In this document: one piece after another, positions 50,270 to 63,864 of the stretch
Numbering within the stretch: the stretch's first letter is position 1
Layout of the letters: the number at the start of each line of letters is the position of its first letter
Assembly (NCBI GenBank): GCA_030390025.1
Contig: CM059432.1
Location: 61,816,001 to 61,880,000 of the forward strand
Source of the DNA: Squalus acanthias
Taxonomy: Eukaryota
DNA length: 64,000 nucleotides
Reading direction: 5' to 3'
Notes under the pieces: generated by a model
Seen by the model: only the letters and a program-made list of their open reading frames with translations
Database searches by the model: none
Told to the model about the DNA's origin: nothing
Translations under genes and position numbers: made by a program

Positions 50270-53040
50270 AGGACAGAATCACGAGATGGCGCTAAAACGC
50301 CGTTCAGAGCTCTACCGTCAGCTGATGGTGGTTCCAGCGCCACACGCCATATCCATCTTGCCAGTAGCGCTGCCGGTAAACTTGATCGCCAGGTCCATCG
50401 CAATCATGGAGATCATTACGTCAGTGAATGTGCAACGCTCACTTTATGCCCAATCTCCCAACTTCATTTTGGCCATTGAACTTACCGGCTGGAGAAAGCA
50501 ACAACAGGTTGAGGTGGTGTGCAGCAGCAGGAAGCCTTTACCGGGATCCTCACCAATCACTCGCACCTGACAGGATTTTGAAGTTTAAGTGGCTGTGTGC
50601 TAGTTCCTGCTACTGCAGTTGACCTCGCCCTCCAGGATCTATGGCAGAGAGAGCGAAGGCAGCGAGAAAGACAGGAGCATGTGCGCAGAGGGAGGAGGAG
50701 GGCTTTCAGGGCTCTCAACAGGAGGCCTTACCCTCTAAGAGTCTTCCGACAGCACTTCTCCTACCTTCAATTAAACAAGGAGCAGTGTATTAGGAGGCTT
50801 CACTTCACCAAGGAGGTGGTCCCAGAACTCTGCCACCTCCTGCAACTAGACCTCCAGCCTCAGACCAGGGTGACCACAGCTCTCCCAGTGGCAGTCAAGG
50901 TGACCATGGCCCTCAATTTCTTCGCCAGTGGATCCTTCCAGTCTGCAGCAGGAGACACAGCTAACATCACCGTATAACAATCCTGAGATCTTCCGTAACC
51001 GCAAAGCCTACCACTCACTTAATGTGCAGTTGGTGTGCGACCACACACAGCGAATCCTCAATGTCAATGCCCGCTATCCTGGCAGCAGCCACGATGCCTT
51101 CATCCTGCGCCAGACCGGTGTGCCAGCACTCTTCCAGCCACCTCATCAAGCTCGTGGGTGGCTGCTCAGAGACAAGGGCTATCCGCTGTATACCTGGCTC
51201 ATGACTCCCCTCCGCAACCCCAACACTCGTGCCCAACACTCATATAATGAGAGCCATGCTGCCACCAGGAACATCATCGAGCTGACCATCGGCTTACTGA
51301 AGCAACGGTTCTGCTCCCTTGACCGCTCGGGAGGAGCCCTCCAGTACTCGCCAGAGCTGGTGTACCATCTCGTGGTGGTCTGCTGCATGCTCCACAACGT
51401 GGCCATCATGAGGGCGCAGCCCTTGCCACCAGGGATTGTGGGACCACCTCAGGAGGAGGATGAGGGAGAGGAGGACGAGGATAAGGAGGGAAAGGAACAA
51501 GAGGGAGGGATGAGGCAGCCAATCGGCCTTCTGGACGGGCGGTCCGTGACTGGCTCATCAGACTCCGATTCGAATGAATGAAACCCCAGATCCCCGTTGC
51601 TCACTACATCCCCATCATACCATCCCTGTCGCAAGCCATATCACAGCATCCTCCTGGGTGCAAAGCTGAAATGAGAGACACCACAAAAGATTCCAAACAC
51701 AATTAATAAATTTATCTAAACACATATCACACATATTACATCAACACTATTAACTAATCACCCTTGTGCAATCCCTTAGTACCTGTCCATGTGCCTTTTC
51801 CTACTCTAGTGCTCCTACGCAGTGCGCCCCCAGTGGCTGTAGCATGGCTGGTGGAAGGCTGCTGAGTTTCCGTGCGGGAGTCTTCAGATAGCCTTGCAGG
51901 ACGATCTCAACCAGCTCTGGACCTAGAAGGCCCGGCTGTGGACTGCACCACCTCGGCATGTGCGGCAGCAGTCTGGGCTAGCTGAATGACAGGCAGCGGC
52001 AAGGGCAATGGCGGAGTGGCAGTGGTGGGAGCAGGAACGCTCTCATCCTAAGAGAGGACAGCAGGTTCCTGCCCACTGCCACTCCCCCCGGGCGGCACCT
52101 CAGCATTCCTAGCAATCTGTTGGAGCACAGATTGCTCACCTGCTGCGACACCGTGAAAGCCCCGGTCGACGATGGTAGACCCAGCCATGATGGCAGCAGT
52201 CAGAGCTTGGGTGGCATCACGCTGAGACTACATGAGAGCAGCCAGAGATTGGATGCCACCAAGCAGAGACTGCATGAGAGCAGTCTGAGCCCAGCTGCAG
52301 CACTAAGAGGTTGGGTCGCTTCCGCCTGTGCTGCAATGGAAGCTGCAATATTGCTCATCATGCGCGTCATCACGTCTGGGTCGCCAACACCTCTCTGGGA
52401 GTGTACCATCATTTGCAGACTGGAAATGATGGGCTCCATGCTCTGCACAGAGCCTTGTGCAATGTTGGAGGCGGACTGCTCCACGCTCCTTGCCATTGCC
52501 GAGAGGCTCTCTGGCAGCCTTGCCATTGCACCTATCATTTCGGTGTGCATGCCCATCACCCTTCTTATAAAGGCCTCCCCATCAAGGTCCTCATCTGAGT
52601 CCTGTGCAGCAGAACTCGCAGTGCGAACTCGCTGGCCCCCGAGCTACCCTTTCCCCCTGGCCTTGCTGCAGCCCACTCGTGCCCGGTGCCTCACTCTGTG
52701 CAGATCCCGCTACTACACTAGCCTCTAAAGAACGTGTAGTGCCAGTATCTAAGCTGGTGTCTGTGAGTGACGGATGCAGTGACGCGGTGTCTTCTTCCTC
52801 CTCCTTCTCCTCTTCTCCCCCCTCACTCGCTGCGGTGCCCTCAGGGACAGGCTCTTCAGGTGCTTGCTCATTATCTGAAAGCAGAAAGGCACAAGAGTCG
52901 GGTTCTGGTGAGGGGAGGGGAACAGGAAGGCAGAAATACATGCATACAGCATAAGTAACTTGAAAGTGACAAAAGATTGTGGGCTGAGGGGGAAGTGGGA
53001 TGTGAGAAGAAAGAGTAGGGATGAACATACCGTGCAAAAA
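50270..53040. mobile_element. Second Harbinger transposon, right end lost
   Basis: Transposase remnant on + and last exon plus intron of the Myb gene on - (GTATGT donor at 53030, CAG acceptor at 52875). Colinear with 34579-39220. Confidence 0.88.
50597..51581 (+). pseudogene. Harbinger DDE transposase with an internal deletion near 50970
   Basis: ALNFFASGSFQ, NRKAYHSLNVQLVCD, YPGSSHDAFIL, WLLRDKGYP and CCMLHN are present; the GAIDCTH segment is missing. Confidence 0.92.
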
Positions 53041-53361
53041 ATTAAATCATATTCACAATAAGACCTCCTGTGCAGTGTCATTAAATAACTACTTTCTCAG
53101 ACTGCGTTTTGCAAATGTTGTTTTTATTGTATTGTTTTTAGTCTGGTACTGACCTTTTAAAGTAGAATGCTGTGATTGCTTTTCCCCAAATAATTAATGA
53201 GCTGTTGTTTAGGGCTTTTGTTTAAATTATTGTTTTAGCAAATTTTTCAAATGTTAATTTGTGAGTTTTTTCCTTTCAAATATTCTAATTGCTTTTTGAC
53301 GCTGACTGTCCAGTTTTATTCTTGCTCTATATATAATTTAACCATTTTGTCCACTCATCAG

Positions 53362-53505
53362 GCTAATTACAGTCAAACTGATGATGAGAGTTACGTGAGA
53401 ACTGACGATGATGAAAGCTGCATACGGACAGATGATGAAGAAGGTCTAACTCCTGGCTTCACTGAAGAATGGAATGAACATATGAAGCGTCTTATGACAA
53501 AATAA
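53362..53505 (+). CDS. DTNA: Coding start of the DTNA terminal exon, alternative C-terminus ANYSQTDDESYVRTDDDESCIRTDDEEGLTPGFTEEWNEHMKRLMTK*
   Basis: ttttgtccactcatcag acceptor, phase 0 compatible with the donor at 39406, repeats ESYVRTDD from the upstream exon with synonymous codon changes, followed by a UTR-like region. Confidence 0.75.
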   Translation, partial: ANYSQTDDESYVRTDDDESCIRTDDEEGLTPGFTEEWNEHMKRLMTK

Positions 53506-55645
53506 GAATTTTATAAGTAGTGTGCGGACTATAGCACAGTCATTTTAAAAGTTTCTAGTTAGATGTGTTGACAAACATTTCTTTTACTAAAAGCTGGGTT
53601 TATCAGCATCTTCTTTATATGGCTCATCTGAGAACAGAATTCAGGAGAACACAACTGCAGTTATCACCAAACTGAACATGTTTGGTGTTGCTATTTCAAG
53701 AGATGGCAGTATTAATATTAAAAAAGATAGTTCTTCACATTTGTGATCAATATATTCTGTTTACACTTCTAATATTGATACACTTTACGTTTGGTTTCTA
53801 GGTGAACTGTGCAGTACTTTGACAAAACAGTTACATATTTTTTCAACTGTGATAAACCTACTATTTTGGTGAAATGCACTTAAAAATCAGATATTAAGGC
53901 ACTACATATGAGTATTTATTCAAAATTATAACTACCCATAAACTACTAATTCTCAGCATTTTTTAATAAAATGCACAGATCTGTAAAATATAAGAACTGT
54001 GAACTGTGTCAAGGACACTCTTAGCTAATTCTGTTCTCGTATTTTGAACCGTAGGTGCCAAAAACAAATACAGTAACAAAGTTGAACTTAGATCATTTAA
54101 TTCATTTTTGTGATTAATACAATGGGTTAAGCAATATTTTAAACAAGCATGTCCATTGCTAACTTAAAAAAGTAAACTATATTTTTGTTTTGTTTTCTGT
54201 TTCTATAATTTTGAGGCCTTCAGCTTGGACATACTGGTATATACACATTACTTGATGTGAATTGGAATTTTTTATGTTTGAAATGCGTATTACCTTAGTT
54301 GGCCATCTGTGTAGTGTGCATATTGTGAGAAAAGAATAGTTTTATTAAATAATCTATTAGAGAATTGCAAATGTTGTAAAGGAAGCAGCAAGTGAGAAGT
54401 CAGGGTTTGAGAGGTTTTGTGGCTTCAATCTGATTAATCCACAGGTAACACATGCTAATGGTTGCAGACACAGTCCTCCAAAGTACTACTTAATTTAAAG
54501 TATTAATGGTCAGTACAAAACAGCTCATTCAACTCCATGTGAATTCTCACAGAAACTATTCTTACAAAAAGCTGAATTGATCTACGGACTTATCTTTTTT
54601 GTAATAGTTATTCCTGCCTATAATTTACTAAAAATTCTGTTATAGAAGCTTTCTATAAAAGATGTCATATGTAAGTTTACCATTTATTACTTTTTAGTTA
54701 CAGTATAGTTAAATAAAAAGGTTTGATAATGACACGACAGTGACACGCTGAATAATCTGTAAACCTCGCACAACATATGTATTATTGATAGCTGAAGAAT
54801 TGCTAAAAAAGATCTAAAATTCTTACGTGGTAACCACACAAATATTTACCTTGAAAGCGTGTAGATATCTTGACAGTAAAATAACATTAGAAATTGGTGT
54901 GATTTAATTGATATAATCAGAGTAAAATCCGAAGAGAAATATGTTAATAATTATTGATTGAAGTCTAATAGTTTATCTAAAGAGAATGGATGTACATTAC
55001 AGATAAAAAGAAAAACACGTGAATGCTGGAAGATTTCAGATAAAGTTTAGAGTGTTATAAGAGAGAGGCTTGGCATGTTTCAGAGTTAACCTGCACAAGA
55101 CTGTGGCCTTCACTGTGAAACAATCTGTACTCTGTTAGTGCATGAAGTGATAAATTGTCTAGTTTTGTTGCATAGTCCTATATCTTTTATTTATTTTGAT
55201 TGACTTTTCCCAGCTACATAGGTTCATTAATGTAGACACATACTGTATATAATTAAAGTCTGTGTTGCTGAATTTAGAATGGATAAATTCAGCAAAATGG
55301 CTGTGAATAACAACCATTTTCTTACTGTGTCCAAAATAATGGACATTTAATTTCCACCAAAAATGTATGACTACACCATGTATGAACTTACTACAACAAC
55401 TAATATATTTAATGTCTCCAAAAGGAGGAGCAGTAACTTTGGAAGCACTAAAGGCTCAATGTAATACACTGTTAATGTAATAAAACTACTGATCTATGTT
55501 TTGTATTGTTAAGTATTGTATCCATACGTACATGTGTTGGAACGAGCTGGGGACTTGCCATGTTTTGAGATTGTTCAAGTATTTAACTGTGTGTCTGTAT
55601 TTTGGAATGGAATATTTCTTCATTAAAGAGAGAATTTTTAAAAAG
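53506..55645 (+). other. DTNA: Probable DTNA 3' UTR
   Basis: About 2.1 kb AT-rich and free of recognisable repeats. AATAAA at 53965 and 54712; ATTAAA at 55622. Confidence 0.65.
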
Positions 55646-55879
55646 GCTGGCAGGTAGGGTTCATCCTACATTTCTTCCTTTGCAACTTGTGTCTTGTTCT
55701 CCGTTTTGGTAATGTTGTCAATTGTATAATTGTAAGTTTTCTAAACATATAGCTAGTGGACAAACTAGAAACCTTTACATAAACATCAGTCAGGATATTG
55801 GTATGATCTTTGAAACTCTCCAAGCTAAGACTACAAAACAACAATGATATTGACTAATATTTTACAATATCTATTCATC

Positions 55880-56130
55880 TCCTCTCCAACAGCTTTATTA
55901 ATCCTGCTCTCCCTCTCTAGTCTCAAACCTAGACTTTCTTCTATCCCTGCCATATTTGTTTAAATCCTCTCCCATTGCAAGAACATTGGTGATGTTTTGG
56001 TTCAGGTGAAGGCCATCCCATTCTTTATTCCAGATATCGCTCCAGTGCCCCCAAAATGTGAATCTTTCCCTCCTGCACAAGCCCTGCAGCCACACTTTGA
56101 ACTTCCTAATCATCTCCTCAACCTATCCAG
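55880..56130 (-). mobile_element. CR1 ORF1 (SGNH esterase-like) remnant
   Basis: WLQGLCRRERFTFWGHW...DGLHLNQ. Confidence 0.65.
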
Positions 56131-56389
56131 TGTTTTTTACTCTGTGTACCCAGCCAGTTAGAGGGCTGTCCCTTTGATTCCTTCCCCGATCAGTGATTTA
56201 TCAGTAGGCCTGTAAATAAAACCAGCTATCTCTCTCTCTCTCTCCTCTCTCCCTTCCCCCCACCCTTTGGTGTGAGTTTAAAGAAAAATAACACTTAAAC
56301 ATAGCTCACTCCCAAATCCACTGCGCAAAAGAAAAATTATCAAAAATCCCAAAGCTATTATTCTGTGCCGATGGTCACAAATGAACTGC

Positions 56390-56700
56390 TTGTTCAGGGA
56401 ATAGTAGGCCTTGCGGTTGATGTAGATGGCTGAATTATGGGCAGTCACCCATGAGTGCTTTCAATTAACCCCTGGATGTGTAAATTCTGTCATCTGGAAA
56501 AAATGCTGTTGCTTGTCTATGGTGAATGATATTCACTGGTTTACTCTTGCAAACAGCATACCAGTTACGTGCTTTATATACTATTGTGACTGATATCCCC
56601 TCTGTCCCTCCTGGAGAATCCAAAGCATAAAAATTGAGGGCTGTAGCCCTGACAGTGCCATGCCTATTGTGGAGTTTTGCAGCAAGTGGCACAACTCAGT
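56390..56700 (-). mobile_element. Very old Harbinger transposase remnant
   Basis: ATALNFYA...GIS resembles the ALNFFASGSFQ..GD motif. Confidence 0.4.
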
Positions 56701-56996
56701 CACAACCCTAGTGAAGTGCCTTATGAAAATACAGTTCCACAGTTATAAAGTGCTACTTATGGAGACAGAGTTCCTCAGATAAGCATACCTTTTTTCATAT
56801 ATATGAGACGAGGGTTGGTGCAGAATAAGCCTCTCGTGAATCGTCCGCTGCCATCAATATTTTACACCTCTTCGTTCTCCAAATGACAACCCATGCTGTC
56901 AGTTGAAATGCCACCAAAAATTGGCACTGCAAAAACTCTTGCCATAAAGTGAATCCTAACAAAGTGGTGCCAAAAAAGATAAGCCACCAACAATAT

Positions 56997-57143
56997 ATTT
57001 ATACCACAGGCTCAAAAATTGGGAAACAAAACTTAAAAGTACAGCTTAAAATCTTCAGTGCTGTCATTGCAGAACCTAGCAATCCCGGACGCCCACTTTA
57101 TATGGGCGTGATTAAGACACAATACAATCACAGCAGCAAAGAC
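56997..57143 (+). repeat. Direct repeat flanking the RTE element (partner 58595-58742)
   Basis: 147 and 148 bp copies with about six differences by eye. Confidence 0.95.
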
Positions 57144-58594
57144 TCCCAGAGTCGCAATGCGGATTCCGCCCACTAAGGGGCACAATGGACATGATCTTCA
57201 CCGCGCGTCAATTACAAGAGAAATGCAGGGAACAGCACCAACCGCTGTACATGGCCTTCTTTGATCTCACAAAGGCCTTCAACACCATCAACCGTGAGGG
57301 ATTATGGAGTGTCCTCCTCAAATTCGGCTGCCCTCAAAAGTTTGTCACCATCCTCCGCCTGCTTCACGACGACATGCAAGCCGTGATCCTGACCAACGGT
57401 TCCACCACAGACCCAATTCACGTACGGACCGGGGTCAAGCAAGGCTGTGTCATCGCACCAACGTTCTTCTCGATCTTCCTTGCTGCAATGCTCCATCTCA
57501 CCCTCAGTTAGCTCCCTGCTGGAGTGGAGCTAATTTACAGAACAAATGGGAAACTGTTCAACCTCCATCGCCTCCAGTCCAGATCCAAGGTCGTCCAATC
57601 CTCTGTCGTCAAATTACAGTATGCAGACGACGCTTGCGTCTGCGCTCACTCGGAGGTCGAACTCCAAACCATCGTCAACACCTTCACCGAAGCGTACGAG
57701 AGCATAGGCCTTACACTAAACATCCGTAAGACAAAAGTCCTCTACCAACCTGCTCCCGCCACACAGTACTGCCCCCCGATTATCAAAATCCACTACGAGG
57801 CCTTGGACAATGTGGACCACTTTCCATACCTCGGGAGCCTACAAGGGCAGACGTCGATGACGAAGTCCAACACCGCCTTCAATGTGCCAGTGCAGCCTTC
57901 GGTCACCTGAGGAAGAGAGTGTTTGAAGACCAGGACCTCAAACCCAGCACTAAGCTCATGGTCTACAGAGCAGCAGTGATACCCACCCTACTGTGCCTCA
58001 GAGACATGGACCATGTACAGCAGGGACCTCAAAGCACTGGAGAGGTACCACCAACGCTGCCTCCGCAAGATCCTGCAAATCCATTGGCAGGATAGGCGTA
58101 CCAACGTCTGTGCTTTCGCTCAGGCCAACATCCCCAGCATCGAAACTTTGACCACACTCGATCAGCTCTGATGGACGGGTCACATTGTCCGCATGCCTGA
58201 AACGAGACTCCCAAAACAAGCGCTCTACTCGGAGTCCGACACGGCAAGAGAGCCCCAGGTGGGCAGAGGAAACGCTTCAAGGACACCCTCAAAGCCTCCT
58301 TGAAAAAGTGCAACATTCCCACTGACACCTGGGAATCCCTGGCCCAAGACCACACAAAGTGGAGGAGAAGCATCTGGGAAGGTGCCGAACACCTCGAGTC
58401 TCTTCGCTGGGAGCAAGCGCAAGGAGCGCACGTCAACCCAAGCACCCCACCCACTCGCCCCTTCAACCACCGTCTGCCCCACAAGTGACAGAGACTGTAG
58501 GTCCCACATTGGACTCATCAGTCACCTGAGAACTCATTTTTAATGAGGAAGCAAGTCATTCTCGGTTCTGAGGGACTGCCTAAGAAGAAGAAAG
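57144..58594 (+). mobile_element. RTE-clade LINE, 5'-truncated
   Basis: PESQCGFRP, DMIFTARQLQEKCREQ, FDLTKAF, GVKQGCVIAP, QYADD and FPYLGS motifs; (AAG)n tail. Confidence 0.95.
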
Positions 58595-59084
58595 ATTTAT
58601 ACCACAGGCTCAAAATTTGGGAAACAAAAACTTAAAAGAACAGCTTAAAATCTTCAGTGCTGTCATTGCAGAACCTAGCAATCCCGGACGCCCACTTTAT
58701 ATCAGCATGATTAAGACACAATACAATCACAGCAGCAAAGACAGGAAATTACATGTGCTTTCATTTGCCTATATTTAAATTTAAATCTAGTATCTTGATG
58801 AAGTTCTCGCCTATTTTCAGCATCCTGCATGCCTGAAGTTGTTGGGCAATGTGTTATGGGCGGAGATGTGGTGGAGTCCCACACAGATCAGTGTTAGGAT
58901 TGTTGCTCTTCACCATCTTTATTAATGATCTAGATGAAGGCATTGGAGGGACAATCTGCAGGTTTGCAGATGACACAAAAATGTGCAGGTGTAAGAACCT
59001 TAGATGAAAAAAATAGTTTGCAGGCAGATTTTGATACAATGAGGGAATAAGGTCTGTATCTGTCATTTTTTTTAATAGGTCCTG

Positions 59085-62000
59085 CTGAAGGAGTATCAGG
59101 AGTTAGGAGCTAAATTAAAAAGCAGGACCTCGAGGGTAATAATCTCTGGATTATTGCCCGAGCCACGTGCAAATTGGCAGATCAGGAGAATTAACACATG
59201 GCTAAAGGAAGGTGTGGGAAAGAGGGGTTCCTTTTCATGGGACACTGTCACCAGTACTGGAACAGAAAGGAGCCGTACCAATGGGACAGGCTCCACCTGA
59301 ACCGGGATGGGACCCGTGTCCTAGCGGAAAGGGTAAATAGGGAGGTGGCAACGGCTTTAAACTAGTAAGACGGGGGGAGGAATCTACAAGAAATGAAACC
59401 AGCTTAAATATAAACAAATCAGGAAAGAAGAGCATAGGAAAGAGTTAAGTAAGGGAGGACATTGATGGCCAGGGAATAAATAGAGTAATAGAACAGGAGT
59501 TTAAAAAGATGGTTAAAAATAAAGTGAGAGGAAAAGCTATTAAAAATGAGTTAATCTGTCTGTACAGCAATGCACACAATGTCCGTAATAAAACAGGGGA
59601 GCTGGAGGCAATCATGTGTTGCGAGGAACCAGACAAAGTAGGGATTACTGAGACATGGCTACAGAAAAATCAGGACTGGGAATTAAATATTGCAGGGTAT
59701 AACATATTTAGAAAAGATAGAGAGGGAAAAAGGGGGGGTGGAGTAGCTGTACTTATTAGGGATAACTTAATGGCAGTAGAAAAAAGTGACCCAGCTATCA
59801 GCAAAACAGAAATAGAATCCATGTGGATAGAGATAAAAGATAATAAAGGATCAATCACACTAATAGGGGTAGTCTACAGACCACATAATAGGGGAAGGGA
59901 GGTGGAGGAAGAAATATGCAAACAAATTAGGGAAATGACTAAAAAACATAGAATAATAATCATGGGGAATTTCAACTACCCCGATGTTAATTGGACAGAA
60001 GAGGTAGGTAAAGGGGATAAGGGACTGGAGTTACTACAATGTGTACAGGACTCCTTTCTCACCCAATATGTAAAAAGCCCAACAAGGGAGGATTCGCTAT
60101 TGGATCTAGTAATGGGGAAGGAACCAGAGCAGATAAGAGAAGTAAAAGTAGGGGAACATCTAGGCAATAGTGACCATAATATAATACGCTTTAAGATAAT
60201 AATTGAGAAAGACATAAGTATGACAAAGACGAGGGTAATAGATTGGAGAAAAGCTGATTTTGAGGGACTAAGAATAGAACTTGGGAAAATAAAATGGACA
60301 AAAATATTGGCAAACAATGATGTAGAACAGCAATGGGAAACATTTAAAACAGTGTTCAACAGAGTCCAGGAAAATATATTCTGCTAAAAAACAAGAACAA
60401 GCTAAACACTAATAAGACACTGTGGATGAATAAAGCCATAAGAGAAAAATTGAGGGTACGGAAAGAGGCATACATTAAGTACACGGATAGCCGGGGAGAG
60501 CATAATAAAGGAGAATATGAAGAGATTAGGAGAGAAGTAAAAAAGAAAACAATTAGGATGGCAAAGAGGAATTATGAAATTAAATTATCAAGGAACATAA
60601 AACAAAATAGTAAAATATTTTACAGGCATGTAAATAAAAAAAGGAAGGTCGGGATGGGAATAGGGCCACTAAGGGATTGACAGGATAATACCACAGGCAG
60701 CGATAGAGAGATGGCAGAGATATTAAATAATTACTTTGCTTCAGTATTTACCAGGAAGATAGAACAGGTGGAGATGACATCAGATGATGAGATTAGTAAT
60801 GAGATAACTGCATTTAAAATAAAACGAGGAGATATATTAAATAAACAAATGAAACTCAAAGAGGATAAAACCCCATGGATTACATCCGCGCATTTTAAAA
60901 GAATCTCGGGAAGAGAGAGCAGAGGCATTACTACACATACTTAATAATTTGTTAGAAAAAGGTGTAGTGCCTGAGGACTGGCGGATAGTTAACATAATAC
61001 CTATATTTAAGAAGGGAGATAGAACATGTCCAGGGAACTATAGACCAGTCAGCTTAACATCGGTGGTAGGACAAATAATGGAATTCCTACTAAAGGAGTA
61101 AATGGAAGAATATCTAGAACCCAAAAATATAATAATTAATAGTCAGCATGGATTTCAAAAGGGGAAGTCTTGATCGACCAACCTCATTGAATTTTTTGAA
61201 GAGGTATCAGAGAGAGTAGACAAGGGTAATGTAGTAGATGTAATTTATCTAGATTTTCAAAAGGCCTTCGATAAGGTACCACATAATAGACTAATGAATA
61301 AGGTCAGGGAATGCGGAGTCAGGGGACAAGTAGCAGAATGGATAGCTAGCTGGCTTCAAGACAGAAAGCAGAGAGTAGGATAAAGGGTAGCTAGTCAGAG
61401 TGGCAGAAGGTGGGAAGTGGTGTTCCACAAGGATCAGTGCTGGGACCACTATTGTTCACAATTTATATTAATGATTTAGACTTTGGAATCAAAAACACAA
61501 TTTCTAAATTTGCGGACGACACCAAATTGGGGGGGACAGTGAATGCTGATAGTGAATCACTAAAAGTTAACAAGGCAATAAAAAAGCAAACCAAGCACTC
61601 GGGTTTATTTCTAGAGGGATAGAATTGTGAAGTTATGCTAAACTTCTATCGAACCTTGGTTAGACCACACTGGGAGTACTGCGTACAATTCTGGTCGGCA
61701 TATTATAAAAAAGGATATAGAGGCACTGTAGAGGGTGCAGAGAAGATTTACAGGGGTGATACCAGAAATGCGAGGGTATACCTATCAGGAAAGGATGAAC
61801 AGACTGGGTCTCTTTTCTCTTGAAAAGAGAAGGCTGAGGGGTGACCTAATAGAGGTCTTTTAAATCATGAAAGGTTTTGATAGATTAGATACAGAGAGAG
61901 TGTTTCCACTTGTTGTGAAGAACAAAACTAGAGTCCATCAATATAAGATAGTTACCAATAAATCGAATAGGGAATTCAGAAGAAACTTCTTTAGCCAGAG

Positions 62001-62223
62001 AGTGGTGAGAATGTGGAACTTGCTACCACAGGGAGTAGTTGAAGTGAATAGTATAGATGCATTTAAGGGGCAGTTAGATAAGCATATGAGTGAGAAGGGA
62101 GTAGAGGGTTATGCTGATAGAGTTAGATGAGGAAAAACGGGAGGGGGCTCGAGTGGAGCATAAACACTGGCATGGACTGGTTGAGCCGAATGGCCTGTTT
62201 CTGTGCTGTATATCCTATGTAAT
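59085..62223 (+). mobile_element. CR1 LINE with ORF1 esterase remnant, AP endonuclease and decayed RT
   Basis: Esterase-like LHLNRDGTRVLAER near 59290; ORF 59509-60387 with GITETW, GGGVA, GNFN, LDLV and [14 protein letters not shown] and FADDTK; tail TATCCTATGTAAT. Confidence 0.93.
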
Positions 62224-62354
62224 ATAGACAAGTGCTACATGATGCATTTGGCCGAGGAATCATGCATCCAGGGGAGAATCAGAGTGAGGCAAAGGGGGTG
62301 TGCACAGGTAATTCACAGCGAATGAGTGGGTAGTGGAACCTGGGATGGAAGATG

Positions 62355-62487
62355 AATCATAGAATGGTTACAGCACAGAAGGAGGCTATTTGGCCCGTCG
62401 AGCCCATGCCGGCTCTCTGCAAGAGCACTTCAGCTAGTCCCACTCCCCCGCCCTTTCCCCATAGCCCTGCAAAATGTTTTCCTTCAG
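62355..62487 (-). mobile_element. CR1 extreme 3' end
   Basis: Reverse complement of about 22098-22230. Confidence 0.85.
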
Positions 62488-62787
62488 GGGATAGTCTCTG
62501 ACAATATGCAGTAGATGGTAGGGCAATTGGAATAGTCCACTAGCCACATCTTCACAACACTGCAGTGCATCCTGAAATGTGTGGTAGCTCCAGGACAATC
62601 TGCAATGGAGATATGCGCAACAGAGGCCCTAAAGACAATCTCAGCTTCTGCCATGGATGCTTGGACTGTTGCATTGAAGCCTTCGACAGCAGAGGGTAGA
62701 GACCTGTTGCTTCTGGTTTTGACAGGTTGTTCAGCAGTTCCGGACAACCATCTCTCAGGGCTTCACTGATGTTATTAACATTAACAG

Positions 62788-63243
62788 TGTCAGCTGTGAC
62801 TCAGTTGGTAGCACTCTTGCCTCTCAGTCAAAAGGTTGTGGATTCAAGCCCCACTCTAGAGACTTGAGTACAAAATCCAGGCTGACACTCCAGTGCAGTA
62901 CTGAGGGAGTGCTGCACTGTTGGAGATGCCATCTTTTGGATGAGATGTTAAACCAAGGGCCCCGTCTGCTCTCTCAGGTGGATGTAAAAAATCCCATGGC
63001 ACTATTTTGAAGAAGAGCAGGGGAGTTCTCCCTGGTGTTCTGGCCAATATTTATCCCTTAATCAACATCACTAAAACAGATTATCTGGTCATTGTCACAT
63101 TGGTGTTTGTAGGAGCTTACTTTGTAAATTGGCTGTCACATTTCTTATATTACAACAGTGATTATACTTCAAAAGTATTTAATTGGCTGTAAAGTGCTTT
63201 GGGACATCCTGAGGTAGTGAAAGGTGCTATAAATCTTTCTTTT
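62788..63243 (+). mobile_element. tRNA-derived Deu-domain SINE
   Basis: Colinear with 33901-34362. Confidence 0.88.
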
Positions 63244-63310
63244 ATGTCTGTTTCCTACTGATTAGTGGCCATGCAGAGCCAGTGCCCAGTCCCATTGGCA
63301 TGGCAGGAAC

Positions 63311-63682
63311 TAGGGTCGCCAACTCTGGTTGGATGTATTCTGGGTCGTTTCATCACATGACCTCTAACCACCCCACGCTCTCGCCACTGGTCACCCAACA
63401 CGTCCATCCTACCAGTGCACCACTTTACTATGCCACTTAGAAAGCGAACAGACTTTTTGTTAGTCAATTGGATGACTCTTGACTGTCAGTCAAACAGCCT
63501 TTTTTCCCCATCTCTGATATTTTTATAACTATTAAACAAAAGTGTTCAAATAAAATTTTAAAAAACACAATATTTTTTAATGCCCCTATAACTTTTCTTC
63601 AAGATTGCTTGCAGCAGTGTCCTGGAGATTAATCTTCAATTTCTGGAGACTCTAGGACAATCCTGGAGGGTTGGCAACCCGA
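63311..63682. mobile_element. hAT-type MITE, inverted copy of 171-537
   Basis: TAGGGTCGCCAAC / GTTGGCAACCCGA ends; decayed 8-bp flanks GCAGGAAC / ATAGGAAT. Confidence 0.85.
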
Positions 63683-63864
63683 ATAGGAATGAACTCAGAT
63701 GATGCTGATCCCTTGGTTAACCTGGGTCTCCTTAACCACTATGATTGCTGGTGGAACTATTATTGTTGGTGACAATTTAAATCACGATGTGGGTGAGGGG
63801 AAGATAGCTCCTAAGAGTTAAACATGATTCCATTATGGAAAGAAATATAGTTTAGTAAAAACAG

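Noticed and set aside
4598..53505. Assignment to DTNB or dystrophin/utrophin
   Set aside because: [17 protein letters not shown], the tyrosine-containing tail and VSLQG* fit alpha-dystrobrevin.
56997..58742. LTR retrotransposon (direct repeats around an RT)
   Set aside because: The RT is RTE-type non-LTR with an (AAG)n tail, and the repeats lack TG...CA ends and any evident PBS or PPT.
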